Assembly (NCBI GenBank): GCA_965208325.1
Contig: OZ242326.1
Location: 1,536,001-1,600,000 of the forward strand
Reading direction: 5' to 3'
Length of the DNA: 64,000 nt
Origin: Candidatus Poribacteria bacterium
GTDB taxonomy: Bacteria; Poribacteria; WGA-4E; PCPOR2b
The notes under the pieces are model-generated. The model was given only the letters and a program-made list of their open reading frames with translations. It was not told the origin of the DNA and ran no database searches. Every line of letters starts with the position of its first letter. The stretch's first letter is position 1. Of this stretch, positions 1 to 9,520 are shown piece by piece. The translations under genes were made by a program, and so were the position numbers.

Positions 1-273
1 AATATGTTTCGATGCTACCGCTGATTCTCGAATAATCTGTGGATGAGTTGGGGAGGGTGAACAGATGACGACTGCGTGAATCGTTGGGTCATTTAGGATT
101 TCTCCATAATCTGATAACGCTCTCGTAATCCGGAACTGTTCTGCCGCCTCTTCTGCCGCCTGTACACGAGTGTCCGCCACAGCTACCACAACGGCATCAG
201 GAATATGGCGCATAATATTTTCAAGGTGGATTCTGCTCATACGTCCGGCGCCGATGACCCCAATTCTTAACAT
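1..273 (-). CDS. Gfo/Idh/MocA-family oxidoreductase, N-terminal part (runs off window edge)
   Basis: Manual translation from ATG at 273 gives MLRIGVIGAGRMSRIHLENIMRHIPDAVVVAVAD, a Rossmann GxGxxG start; GGAGG RBS upstream. Confidence 0.8.
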   Translation of the reverse strand, partial: MLRIGVIGAGRMSRIHLENIMRHIPDAVVVAVADTRVQAAEEAAEQFRITRALSDYGEILNDPTIHAVVICSPSPTHPQIIRESAVASKHI

Positions 274-617
274 CTAAAATCCTCCGCAATTCACATCGTA
301 CGCGGGAAATCTTGCCCCGATGCAACCGGCGTAAGCCGGGCATCATTCACCACTGCACCCGCCGTAGGCGGGGCATCTTACCCCGCGTTGCCATTGCAAG
401 TTTGATTATTTTCTAACCATTCTCATTTTGAAGATCCATACAGCTTACCAACCAAAGCGGAAGGGAGTCATTCGACAATAAGGCCGAATCAATCGGGTTC
501 TTTCGACATGAAATTTCAAAATTCTGAGAATGGCATATGCAACGGTTGTTTTTCAAGGCGGGTTTTACTCGGTGAGCTGTAGTTTGGGTGCCGGTAAGTC
601 CTTATGCAGCAACGCTT

Positions 618-1583
618 TTAGAGATTTATCTGTTTCCCTTTTGCAAATGAATCACTTGCCGCCATCGTAAGGCGGAAGGTTTGAAGTGCATCGCTGTAAG
701 GTGAACGGATTCTGGAGGCATCTCCACTTTTAACGGCATCAATAAAGACACGGTCTTCGCGCAAATATCCATCAGAATTATCTTCACGCGTCTCAGTGCT
801 GCCTGCGCGATTGATACTGACAGAACTTCCACTTACTTCGACGAATACATCGCGGCAAAAAACTTCAAGCTTTATCCGTCCCCAAGCTGACAATATGCAC
901 GCCGAAGTAATGTTTGCGGCCGCGCCGTTTTCAAATCCAATGTTAACCACGCTCATGTCATCAATGTCATAGTTGGGAATGTCGGTCATGCTTCCCTTTG
1001 CGGCGAACCCGTGTACGGAAATTGCTTCGCTGCCGACAAGGTAACGGCAAAGATCGAATATGTGCGTTGTCTGCTCAACGTGTTGCCCCCCTGACTGTGC
1101 GCGAACCCGCCACCATCCAACCCCCGGCATGCCGCCCATCCAGTAGCCCAATGCACCGACGATTTGCTCGTCTTTCAGGGCAGCTTGCGCCCGCTCTACA
1201 TTCCTTTGGTATCGCCAATGGTATCCGACGCTGGTAATAATCCCGCTTCCTTCGATGGCTTCGTGAATTTCAATCGCCTGCTCCAATTGTACGGCAATCG
1301 GCTTTTCGACAAAAAAGGGAATCCCCAAATCACAAGAAATCTGCTCCTGTCCGCCGTGCGCAAAGGGAGGCGTACAGATGTAAACCGCGTCAAGTTCTTC
1401 TTTGTCGAACATCTCTTTATAGTCGGTATAGGGTGTTGCTCCAAATTCCTCCGCTCTTCGCTCGGCTTGCTCCTCTAAAATGTCGCACACCGCGGTGAGT
1501 CGAACATCCTGGAATCCTGCTAGATTTTCCAGATGGCCGCCCGCCATATGCCCCACGCCGATTGCGCCAACTCTAACTTGCAC
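618..1583 (-). CDS. Gfo/Idh/MocA-family NAD(P)-dependent oxidoreductase
   Basis: N-terminal VGAIGVGHMA, 'VEKPIA' motif, 'SGGQHVEQTTHIFD' motif. Confidence 0.9.
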   Translation of the reverse strand: MQVRVGAIGVGHMAGGHLENLAGFQDVRLTAVCDILEEQAERRAEEFGATPYTDYKEMFDKEELDAVYICTPPFAHGGQEQISCDLGIPFFVEKPIAVQLEQAIEIHEAIEGSGIITSVGYHWRYQRNVERAQAALKDEQIVGALGYWMGGMPGVGWWRVRAQSGGQHVEQTTHIFDLCRYLVGSEAISVHGFAAKGSMTDIPNYDIDDMSVVNIGFENGAAANITSACILSAWGRIKLEVFCRDVFVEVSGSSVSINRAGSTETREDNSDGYLREDRVFIDAVKSGDASRIRSPYSDALQTFRLTMAASDSFAKGKQINL

Positions 1584-1587
1584 CCGC

Positions 1588-2400
1588 TTATTTCCTCCGC
1601 TGCAGCCACTGATTCATGTATTGCGCCGATTTGGGCAACTCCACCTCACCCGGCCCAGGCACGCTGCACTCAAGCACCATGTGGTGTTGATAGTCAATCT
1701 TTCGTAACGCTTTAAAACCTGATTTGAAATCCGTATGGCCGTAACCGGGAGGTTCACGAGTGCTGTCAGCCAAATGAACATGTTTAATGTAATCGCTGTT
1801 GGCTTTGATACTTTCTGCAATATTCCGTTCCTCAATGCTCATGTGGAAAAAGTCCGCCATAATTGCAACATTCGGGTTGTTTACTTGCTTGCAGATGTCA
1901 ACGCCGTCAGCGAGGGTTCGCATATAGTGCGTTTCATACCGGTTCAGCGGTTCCAAGAGGATTATGGAACCAACCTCTTGAGCATACCCGCCAAGATCTT
2001 TTAGGAGGTGGACTAGCAGCTCAGTTTCAAGCTGCCGCGCGGATTTGTAAGGGCTCAAATCCTGTATTCGCGGTGCGCCAAACGCGGGGACAACAACCAG
2101 TCCGATTGCGCCGATATTTGCAGCTGCCTTGAGTAAAGCACGAATTCCTGCAACCGTTCTGCCGCGTTCATGCAGATCGCTGTCCAACAACATGCCTGGA
2201 TACCCCGCGCAGACTGCGCTCGGTTTGACCGGGTGATTCTCCGTTGCCTTAATGATTTCATCTTGACGCTTCTCTAATTCGCCGCCTCCAAACTCAATGC
2301 CTTCATAACCGTATGCTGCAAGATTATCCAATTTTTCGGCGAGATCCCTTCCCGGCACGAGCCCTTCCTGACTTCCTAATTTCACTCGCTTTCCCTCCAT
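1588..2400 (-). CDS. Sugar phosphate isomerase/epimerase (xylose isomerase-like TIM barrel)
   Basis: LEPLNRYE, DFFHM, HVHLADS.R..PG.G, VLEC metal-binding motifs. Confidence 0.88.
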   Translation of the reverse strand: MEGKRVKLGSQEGLVPGRDLAEKLDNLAAYGYEGIEFGGGELEKRQDEIIKATENHPVKPSAVCAGYPGMLLDSDLHERGRTVAGIRALLKAAANIGAIGLVVVPAFGAPRIQDLSPYKSARQLETELLVHLLKDLGGYAQEVGSIILLEPLNRYETHYMRTLADGVDICKQVNNPNVAIMADFFHMSIEERNIAESIKANSDYIKHVHLADSTREPPGYGHTDFKSGFKALRKIDYQHHMVLECSVPGPGEVELPKSAQYMNQWLQRRK

Positions 2401-2957
2401 TCGTAAATTGACAGCGCAGTATCGCCGTACGCTTCCTGTCTATTCGACATTAACCCTGTGGTTGACAGCGTCGGAAGATTTAGCTCTCTGCTTTTTCGAT
2501 GTTCCACAACAAGCTTGCCCAATCGAGCAAGTATTCGATTTTTAGCGACAATTTCCAGGCAAGCGTTGTAGATATCGGCGTCATAAGGCGGGTCAAAGTA
2601 AATCAGATTGAATTCTGCTTGATGTCTTCCGAGGTAGTTCAGACCTTTCTGAGCCGTTAAATTGATGAGAGTTGCCTGTGGATCGTTGCGGTAGATGCCG
2701 CACTGTTCCAGGTTGGAAGCAATCACCCGAATACATTGGAAATCGTGATCGATAAACGTTACCGATTTTGCGCCCCGGCTCAACGCTTCGATGCCGATGT
2801 TTCCTGTCCCTGCACAAAGGTCTAAAAATTTAGCGTCGTCAACGCTTTCCCGAAGGATGCTAAACAACGCACCCTTAACACGGTCCGAAGTCGGTCGTAT
2901 CTTTGCCCTTTTTACTGATAAACGCCTTCCCTTGAATGCTCCGGCGATGATTCTCAT
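2382..2957 (-). CDS. rsmD: 16S rRNA m2G966 methyltransferase RsmD
   Basis: MRIIAG.FKGRRL, RPTSDRVKGALF, LDLCAGTGNIGIEALSRGA, FDPPY, YGDT. Confidence 0.93.
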   Translation of the reverse strand: MRIIAGAFKGRRLSVKRAKIRPTSDRVKGALFSILRESVDDAKFLDLCAGTGNIGIEALSRGAKSVTFIDHDFQCIRVIASNLEQCGIYRNDPQATLINLTAQKGLNYLGRHQAEFNLIYFDPPYDADIYNACLEIVAKNRILARLGKLVVEHRKSRELNLPTLSTTGLMSNRQEAYGDTALSIYEWRESE

Positions 2958-3144
2958 AGTGAGGACCTTGATGGCGATTTCAGGTTTTCAACGTGTAGCA
3001 AATATAGGCAGATTATACTATAGCTAACCTTACACGTCAACCCAAAATACTTGAGGTTTAACACATGCCAATCGACGTTGCGCATCGCCGTTAAAGAGAT
3101 ATTAACAAGGGATTTGTAATGATTTGCCAATAATCGCCTGAGAT

Positions 3145-4149
3145 TCATTTCCATGGCAGCGGTACATCCAACCGCTGGCTTACTGCGCGCGCCGAATCTT
3201 GCTCGACCTTCCCGTAGCGGATACCTTCACGCTGATGTGTCTGAAAACGCTCTTCCTCAACGGCGCCGGGAAGCAGCGCTTGATCGGTGCCGGGCATCGG
3301 TTCATAAGTTTCCCGCACATCACGCACGTACCTATCCACTTCCGCGCGGAAAACCTCCTCCGGAACCACAGTTTCCACGTGGATGGCAAGCACCATTCCG
3401 CCGAGTTGGGCATCCCGCCAATGTTTCACATTTGAATCAGCAGCAGGAATCGTAAAACCCGTTAAACCGCCGCCGAGTAAACTCGCCACAGCGACGTAGC
3501 CGATACTCTTGAAAAATGCTGCGGGAATTTTAGAGAGCAGCTCATCAAACTCGGCGCCGCGCTGGTAATCTCCCAGGATACACGCCGCTGCGTCAAGCAC
3601 CAGTGGCGGTTCGTCCGCAGAGGGTATGGCAAAGCAGATTGGCGGGTTACCAATATAGCCAAGCTGGGGCTTTATTTCCTGTCCACTGGCGTTCCCGTGA
3701 TCTTGGTACCCCTGCACCGAAAAACCGATGCAGCCCTCATCCATACACATTCGCGCGTAATGCCCCGCTGATCCGTAGTGGCCTATGTGCCGGACCAGCC
3801 CCATTCCGATGCCGACATCCTTCGCCTTAACAATTGCCTTTTCGGTAGCACGAACCATTGGAAGATAACCCAGTGTTCCATCGCCGTGTAAAACCACAGC
3901 GGTTGGAGTCTCGTGGAGAAGGCGAACGTCGGGTTCTGGATTAATGTGCCCATTCTCGATACTACTGCAGTAACCATTGACCAACCGCGTCCCATGACTG
4001 CGCACGCCGCGGAGATCGGAATTTACCAGCAAGCGGCTAATCAAAGCCGCATGATTTTTATTCAGTCCAACCTTCTCAAAACAAGCCGTGGAAAAGGCAA
4101 GGAGATTGTCTTCCTGAACTCGAACGAAAGTTTCTGGCGGTTGATTCAT
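3145..4149 (-). CDS. Ldh_2-family (malate/L-lactate/sulfolactate dehydrogenase-like) oxidoreductase
   Basis: DLRGVRSHG, HYGSAGHYA, GNPPICFAIP, LPG..E motifs. Confidence 0.85.
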   Translation of the reverse strand: MNQPPETFVRVQEDNLLAFSTACFEKVGLNKNHAALISRLLVNSDLRGVRSHGTRLVNGYCSSIENGHINPEPDVRLLHETPTAVVLHGDGTLGYLPMVRATEKAIVKAKDVGIGMGLVRHIGHYGSAGHYARMCMDEGCIGFSVQGYQDHGNASGQEIKPQLGYIGNPPICFAIPSADEPPLVLDAAACILGDYQRGAEFDELLSKIPAAFFKSIGYVAVASLLGGGLTGFTIPAADSNVKHWRDAQLGGMVLAIHVETVVPEEVFRAEVDRYVRDVRETYEPMPGTDQALLPGAVEEERFQTHQREGIRYGKVEQDSARAVSQRLDVPLPWK

Positions 4150-4380
4150 TGATGCTACCTCTTAAAGTAAAGGGTGAAATAAAACCTTGCGGCATGTACA
4201 ACGGTGTGAACAGTATGAATGGTGTATCACAGCGGCTTGGTAAAGCGTTACCTTAGGTACGGTAAAAGAGACGCGATCTGCACTTTGCTCAAAATGAAGC
4301 GCAATCCCATCTGGTTCAACCGAAATTTCCGACGACCTTAATTCGGAGTTGCGCCCTCCGCCGCAGTAATTTTCGTTTCA

Positions 4381-5526
4381 CTAAGGCCCTTCCTCATAAA
4401 ACTCGCGCAAGCTCCGCTTCGGCAATTCTCGGTACGGATGCTGCGCTAATGCTGCTTCGTCCAATTCAAGTCCTAGACCGGCACCTGTTGGGAGTTGGAC
4501 ATAACCGTCCTTAACTCGAATGGGATTGACCGAAATCTCGTTGCCGCAAGACGTGAAGTTGACGAAGTATTCGGTAATCAGGAAATTGGGCATTACAGCG
4601 CACGCCTGCAATGTTGCAGCGAGTCCTACCGTTGTGCTGTTGTAGTTGTGCGGCGCCATCGTAACGAAATACGGCTCTGCCATCGCCGCGATTTCTTTAA
4701 GTTCTAATATACCTCCGCAGTTGCAAACATCGGGATTGAGGAGGTCGGCTGCATTTTTCTCGAAGACCTCTCGAAACTCCCCTTTCGTGTAGAGTTCTTC
4801 ACCGGTCACAACGGGCAGGTTTACAGCGCGTCGGACTTCGGCAAGCGCATCAACGTTACGCGCAGAAACTGGCTCTTCATACCAAAACGGGTTGAATTCC
4901 TCCAGTTCACGGGCGATGCGAATGGCGTGCATTGGGGCGAGCCGGCGGTGTACCTCGATTAGCAGTTCCACATCCGGCCCCACGGCGTCCCGTACAGCGC
5001 GCACGCATTCGACAGCCGCGGCTTCATCTTCACGGCTGAGATGCGTCCGCCAGGCGCCGGGGAACGGGTCGAATTTCATGGCGTTGAACCCCTGTTCTAC
5101 CAATTGTGCAGCACGTTCAGCGCACGCCTCAATCGTTCCCCCGCTCCACCCGTTGGCGTAAACTCGAATCTTGTCCCGGCACGCCCCGCCCAGCAGGTTG
5201 TAAACGGGCGTGTTCAACGCTTTGCCTATAATGTCCCAGAGTGGTTGCTCGATACCGCTGATTGCACAGTAGAGATCCATGCCCCCCCGCTTATTCGCGA
5301 AGTCGTGATATGCCATGAAAGTAAAATGCTTGATGTTGAAAGGACTCCGCGCAATAAGGTAACGCGAAAGCTCCTGAACGTAGATTTCGATCGCCCGATC
5401 TCGGTCAGCCTGCGTGTAACATTCACCCCATCCAAAAATCCCTTCGTCGGTCTCCACCTTTACAAATAGCCAGTTTTTCCCCTGCCCAGGGTGTACGAGA
5501 AATGTCCTGATTTTTGTTATCTTCAT
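4381..5526 (-). CDS. Mandelate racemase/enolase-superfamily acid-sugar dehydratase (galactonate dehydratase-like)
   Basis: VKVETDEGIFGWGE, LWDIIGKAL..PVYNLLGG, KFD, EVH, YEEP, TGEE, APHN. Confidence 0.88.
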   Translation of the reverse strand: MKITKIRTFLVHPGQGKNWLFVKVETDEGIFGWGECYTQADRDRAIEIYVQELSRYLIARSPFNIKHFTFMAYHDFANKRGGMDLYCAISGIEQPLWDIIGKALNTPVYNLLGGACRDKIRVYANGWSGGTIEACAERAAQLVEQGFNAMKFDPFPGAWRTHLSREDEAAAVECVRAVRDAVGPDVELLIEVHRRLAPMHAIRIARELEEFNPFWYEEPVSARNVDALAEVRRAVNLPVVTGEELYTKGEFREVFEKNAADLLNPDVCNCGGILELKEIAAMAEPYFVTMAPHNYNSTTVGLAATLQACAVMPNFLITEYFVNFTSCGNEISVNPIRVKDGYVQLPTGAGLGLELDEAALAQHPYRELPKRSLREFYEEGP

Positions 5527-5852
5527 CTCGCGCCTCTTTCTATGCCGATGATAGGCGTTATTTTAGCAAATTTTCTAACCTGTAGCAAGAGCAACCGAGG
5601 TTTCCTTCACAGCAGTTTTCGCTTGATTTAGTAAGGTGTTCATGATAAGATGAACTGAATTATATAAGCCAATTTACAACAAAAATACGCGCCCGTGATT
5701 GTCCACTGATGCACTGATGATGGAATATGGCTCGCGGGTCGGGATGCGCCGACCCGCGGAGAAAATTTTAGGGTTCGAGTCAGTTTTGCTAAAATGAAAC
5801 AAAAGGCATCGTGGCGAGTTCAAACTATACAGTATAATGAGACTGAGGGGGT

Positions 5853-6878
5853 GTGCAAGGGGGAATGGGGTGCGTAGGTACTGAAAATCACCTGGAAGAA
5901 AACAACATTTATCATGGTGATTCAAGAAAATTGTTGAAAAAAATCAGGCCGGACTCCGTCGCACTTAGTGTTTGGTCACCGCCATACTTTGTCGGGAAAG
6001 CATACGAGGGCGATATGTCTCTCGCGGAATGGAAAGCATTATTGTGGGAAGTAATCAAGCTGCATTTCCCAGTCATAAAGCCGGGGGGGTTCCTCGCTAT
6101 CAATATCGCCGATATCCTGTGTTTCAAGGATGAGTCCATGCCAAAAATAATGGCGGAGAACGTATCACGGCGAAAAATCAGAGTGACCAAGGAGCAGATA
6201 CTTGCGGTCAAACATGAGCACCCGACTTGGAACAGATACGAGTTAGCTGGACATTTCGGGTGTAGTGAACAAACCATTGACAGGCGATTGAACGGCAACA
6301 ACGTAAGGGGCGGAAAATACCATGCGCAAACACGCGTTTTTCTGGTTGGCAACCTAATTGAGGAGGCCGCCAATGAAACCGGATTTCATTTGTACGATCG
6401 GCGCGTTTGGGTAAAGGATGCCGCGTGGGAAAATTCTAGATGGCACACTATTTCTTATCGCTCCGTTGATGAATTTGAGTATATCTATGTGTTTTGGAAA
6501 CCAGGCATTACCAGAGTCGATCGTCGCCGTCTGACGAAGGAGGAGTGGGTGAACTGGGGTTCGAGAGCGGTTTGGGAAATCCCGTCGGTTCGCAGCAACT
6601 CCAATCATGATTCAAAGTTCCCTGTTGAGCTTCCGAGAAGAGTCATAAAGCTGCTTTCGGACACCGGTGATGTTGTACTTGATTGCTTCATTGGCAGTGG
6701 AACAACAGCGATCGCAGCCATTAGCGAAGGCAGAAACTACATCGGGATTGATAAAGAGGTAAAATCTGTGGAAATTGCACTAAATTCTGTTTTCGCTTTT
6801 GAAGATTACGAAAAGGAACCTAAACAGATAGATTTGTTCATTCGAGAAGTTGAACAAGAATATCACAAGAAAACTTAA
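5853..6878 (+). CDS. Beta-class amino-DNA methyltransferase (probably N4-cytosine) with internal HTH-like insert; start uncertain (5853 GTG or 5865 ATG)
   Basis: Catalytic motif IV 'SVWSPPY' precedes SAM motif I 'VLDCFIGSGTT'; 'HDSKFPVELPRRVI'. Confidence 0.88.
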   Translation: MQGGMGCVGTENHLEENNIYHGDSRKLLKKIRPDSVALSVWSPPYFVGKAYEGDMSLAEWKALLWEVIKLHFPVIKPGGFLAINIADILCFKDESMPKIMAENVSRRKIRVTKEQILAVKHEHPTWNRYELAGHFGCSEQTIDRRLNGNNVRGGKYHAQTRVFLVGNLIEEAANETGFHLYDRRVWVKDAAWENSRWHTISYRSVDEFEYIYVFWKPGITRVDRRRLTKEEWVNWGSRAVWEIPSVRSNSNHDSKFPVELPRRVIKLLSDTGDVVLDCFIGSGTTAIAAISEGRNYIGIDKEVKSVEIALNSVFAFEDYEKEPKQIDLFIREVEQEYHKKT

Positions 6879-6954
6879 TTTCCCAAAAACAATTGAGTTA
6901 CTATTCTTCTGCTGAATTAGAATGCTTTATCGCACGGTAAATGGGTAAACTGCA

Positions 6955-7692
6955 ATGAAATCCATAGGGGTTATTCCCGCACGCTACGCGTCGAGTCGGT
7001 TCGAAGGTAAGGCGCTGGCGGACATTTTCGGCAAGCCGATGGTGCAGCACGTCTATGAACGGGCGTCGCGTGCAAAGACTCTGAATGGGGTCATTGTCGC
7101 AACCGACGATAGGCAAATTTACGATGCGGTCGCCGGCTTCGGCGGAGAGGTCCTCATGACCGCACCGAATTGCCCCACTGGAACAGAGCGGGTTGCCGTG
7201 GTTGCGGAAATGCTGGATTGCGATGTCGTCGCCAACATTCAAGGCGATGAGCCGCTGCTTGAACCAGCCATGATCGACCAACTCATCCAACCCTTCCTAG
7301 ATAATCCCGCCGTAGAAGTGAGTACGCTGAAACAGAGAGTTGAAAATGAAGCCGATTACCGGGATCCTAACGTCGTAAAACTTGTAACAAGCCTTGATGG
7401 ATTCGCGCTTTATTTTTCGAGAGGCGCCGTCCCCGGTAATCTGTCGAATGACTGGATAAAAACTAACCCAATTTATCGGCATGTCGGGCTTTATGCCTAC
7501 CGCCGGAAAACGCTTCTCTCGTTCACAGAATGGGATCGGACGCCGTGTGAAATCTCGGAGGGGTTGGAACAGTTGCGCTTCCTCGAGCACAGTGTACGCA
7601 TTCGCGTTGTCGAAACGGAATATCCCACGATTGGTGTTGATACACCGGCCGATCTGGAGCGTGTAATTTCAATCTTGAAATCGTGCCAGTGA
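6955..7692 (+). CDS. kdsB: 3-deoxy-manno-octulosonate cytidylyltransferase
   Basis: IPARYASSRFEGKAL, GTER, NIQGDEP, RHVGLYAY, LEQLRFLE, GVDTPADL. Confidence 0.95.
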   Translation: MKSIGVIPARYASSRFEGKALADIFGKPMVQHVYERASRAKTLNGVIVATDDRQIYDAVAGFGGEVLMTAPNCPTGTERVAVVAEMLDCDVVANIQGDEPLLEPAMIDQLIQPFLDNPAVEVSTLKQRVENEADYRDPNVVKLVTSLDGFALYFSRGAVPGNLSNDWIKTNPIYRHVGLYAYRRKTLLSFTEWDRTPCEISEGLEQLRFLEHSVRIRVVETEYPTIGVDTPADLERVISILKSCQ

Positions 7693-7833
7693 ATCACGTA
7701 ATTGGCATTACTTAAATATCTGAGTTGTGCAGTTTGTCCGAGTAAAATGGACTAAAGAGAGTAGGTATTGTTTTGAGTGTTGGGTTAACGGAAGGAAAGG
7801 CTCAAAAACGGACAAGGGAAAGAGGTTAATGCA

Positions 7834-9441
7834 ATGGCAAGACACATTTTTGTTACTGGTGGCGTAATTTCCGGCATCGGAAAAGGAATTACAACCGCAT
7901 CTCTTGGACGCCTACTCATCAATCGCGGGTTCAAGGTTATGGCAATTAAAATTGACCCGTACCTCAATTTAGATGCCGGTACAATGAATCCGTTTGAACA
8001 TGGTGAAGTGTTTGTGACGCGGGACGGTGCGGAAACCGACCTCGATCTCGGCAATTACGAGAGATTCACGGGAATTGACCTCAATCAAAACTCTTATATT
8101 ACCTCCGGCTCGGTGTATAGCGAGGTGATTGCGAAAGAACGGCGCGGCGATTATCTCGGAAAAACCGTGCAACTGATTCCGCATCTCACCGATGAGATTA
8201 AGGGACGCATATATCAGATGGGGCGTGACAACGACGCCGAAGTGATTATTACGGAGATTGGCGGAACCATCGGAGATTTTGAGACACCGCCGTTTGTAGA
8301 AGCTATTCGACAGATGGCGGTAGAGGTTGGCCGCGAGAATACGCTGTTCATTCATGTGTCGCTAATATATACCCTTCCTAACGGCGAAAGCAAGAGCAAA
8401 CCGACCCAACACAGCATCCGAACGCTGCAAGAGTACGGTATCCAACCCGATCTCCTAATTTGCCGCACAAGTCACCCCATAGAAGAGGGAATGCGAAAGA
8501 AAATTTCGCTCCTCTGCGGACTTCAGGAGGAGTACATCGTTGAAGGCCTCGACACCAATTTAGTCGACGAGATTCCGCTGAACTTTGAACGGCAAGGTAT
8601 GGCGCATTTGGTGATAAAAAAATTAGGACTCGAGGACCGGCCGCCAATCAATACCGAGTGGGCAGGGATGGTGGAAAAACTCCGACGTCCAAAACAAAGT
8701 ACCCGAATCGCAATCGTGGGCAAGTATGTGAAGGGATCCGATACCTACCTCAGTGTTCAAGAGGCGCTCAAGCATGGGGGAATTGCCAATGAGTCCGCCG
8801 TAAATATCAAGTGGATTGACTCTGAGACGCTAATTGATAACCAAAACTTCGCCGAACAATTCCAGGGAATCGGCGGCATTCTCGTCCCCGGCGGGTTTGG
8901 TGTGCGAGGCATTGAAGGCATGATTATTGCCATTCGCTACGCCCATGAGAATTACATCCCCTTTTTCGGACTATGCCTCGGTATGCAGTGCATGGTGATC
9001 GAGTTTGCGCGGAATGTTGCGAATCTGAAGAACGCAAACAGTTCTGAATTCGATCCGGAAACACCCCACCCCGTTATCGATTTGATGCTAGATCAGCAAG
9101 ACAAATCCAATCTTGGTGGTACCATGCGGTTAGGGCTCTACCCGTGCGTCTTGAAGATGAACACCAAGAGCTATGCAGCCTACGGCCAACCGATCATTCT
9201 TGAACGGCATCGCCATCGATACGAGCTGAATAATCGGTATCGGGATCAACTTGAATCAGAGGGGCTGTGTCTGAGCGGCCTATCCCCCGACGATAGCCTC
9301 GTTGAAATTGCTGAAGTCGCCGATCACCCTTGGATGGTCGGTTCCCAGTTTCACCCTGAATTTCAGTCCAAACCGCTGGTTCCCCACCCACTGTTTCGTG
9401 ATTTCATTCAAGCCGCCTTACAGTATCAACAGGGTCGATAG
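7834..9441 (+). CDS. pyrG: CTP synthase
   Basis: FVTGGVISGIGKG, DPYLNLDAGTMNPFEHGEVFVT, GLCLGMQ, ERHRHRYE, QFHPE. Confidence 0.98.
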   Translation: MARHIFVTGGVISGIGKGITTASLGRLLINRGFKVMAIKIDPYLNLDAGTMNPFEHGEVFVTRDGAETDLDLGNYERFTGIDLNQNSYITSGSVYSEVIAKERRGDYLGKTVQLIPHLTDEIKGRIYQMGRDNDAEVIITEIGGTIGDFETPPFVEAIRQMAVEVGRENTLFIHVSLIYTLPNGESKSKPTQHSIRTLQEYGIQPDLLICRTSHPIEEGMRKKISLLCGLQEEYIVEGLDTNLVDEIPLNFERQGMAHLVIKKLGLEDRPPINTEWAGMVEKLRRPKQSTRIAIVGKYVKGSDTYLSVQEALKHGGIANESAVNIKWIDSETLIDNQNFAEQFQGIGGILVPGGFGVRGIEGMIIAIRYAHENYIPFFGLCLGMQCMVIEFARNVANLKNANSSEFDPETPHPVIDLMLDQQDKSNLGGTMRLGLYPCVLKMNTKSYAAYGQPIILERHRHRYELNNRYRDQLESEGLCLSGLSPDDSLVEIAEVADHPWMVGSQFHPEFQSKPLVPHPLFRDFIQAALQYQQGR

Positions 9442-9520
9442 TTTAAAAATTAGCGGCCCCGTTAAACAATCTACACCCAAGCATGTTCCGTACCAGATGA
9501 TTCTTGGGAAATGAGGATAT

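Noticed and set aside
5527..6954. Complete type II restriction-modification system
   Set aside because: No endonuclease-sized ORF on either side of the methyltransferase.
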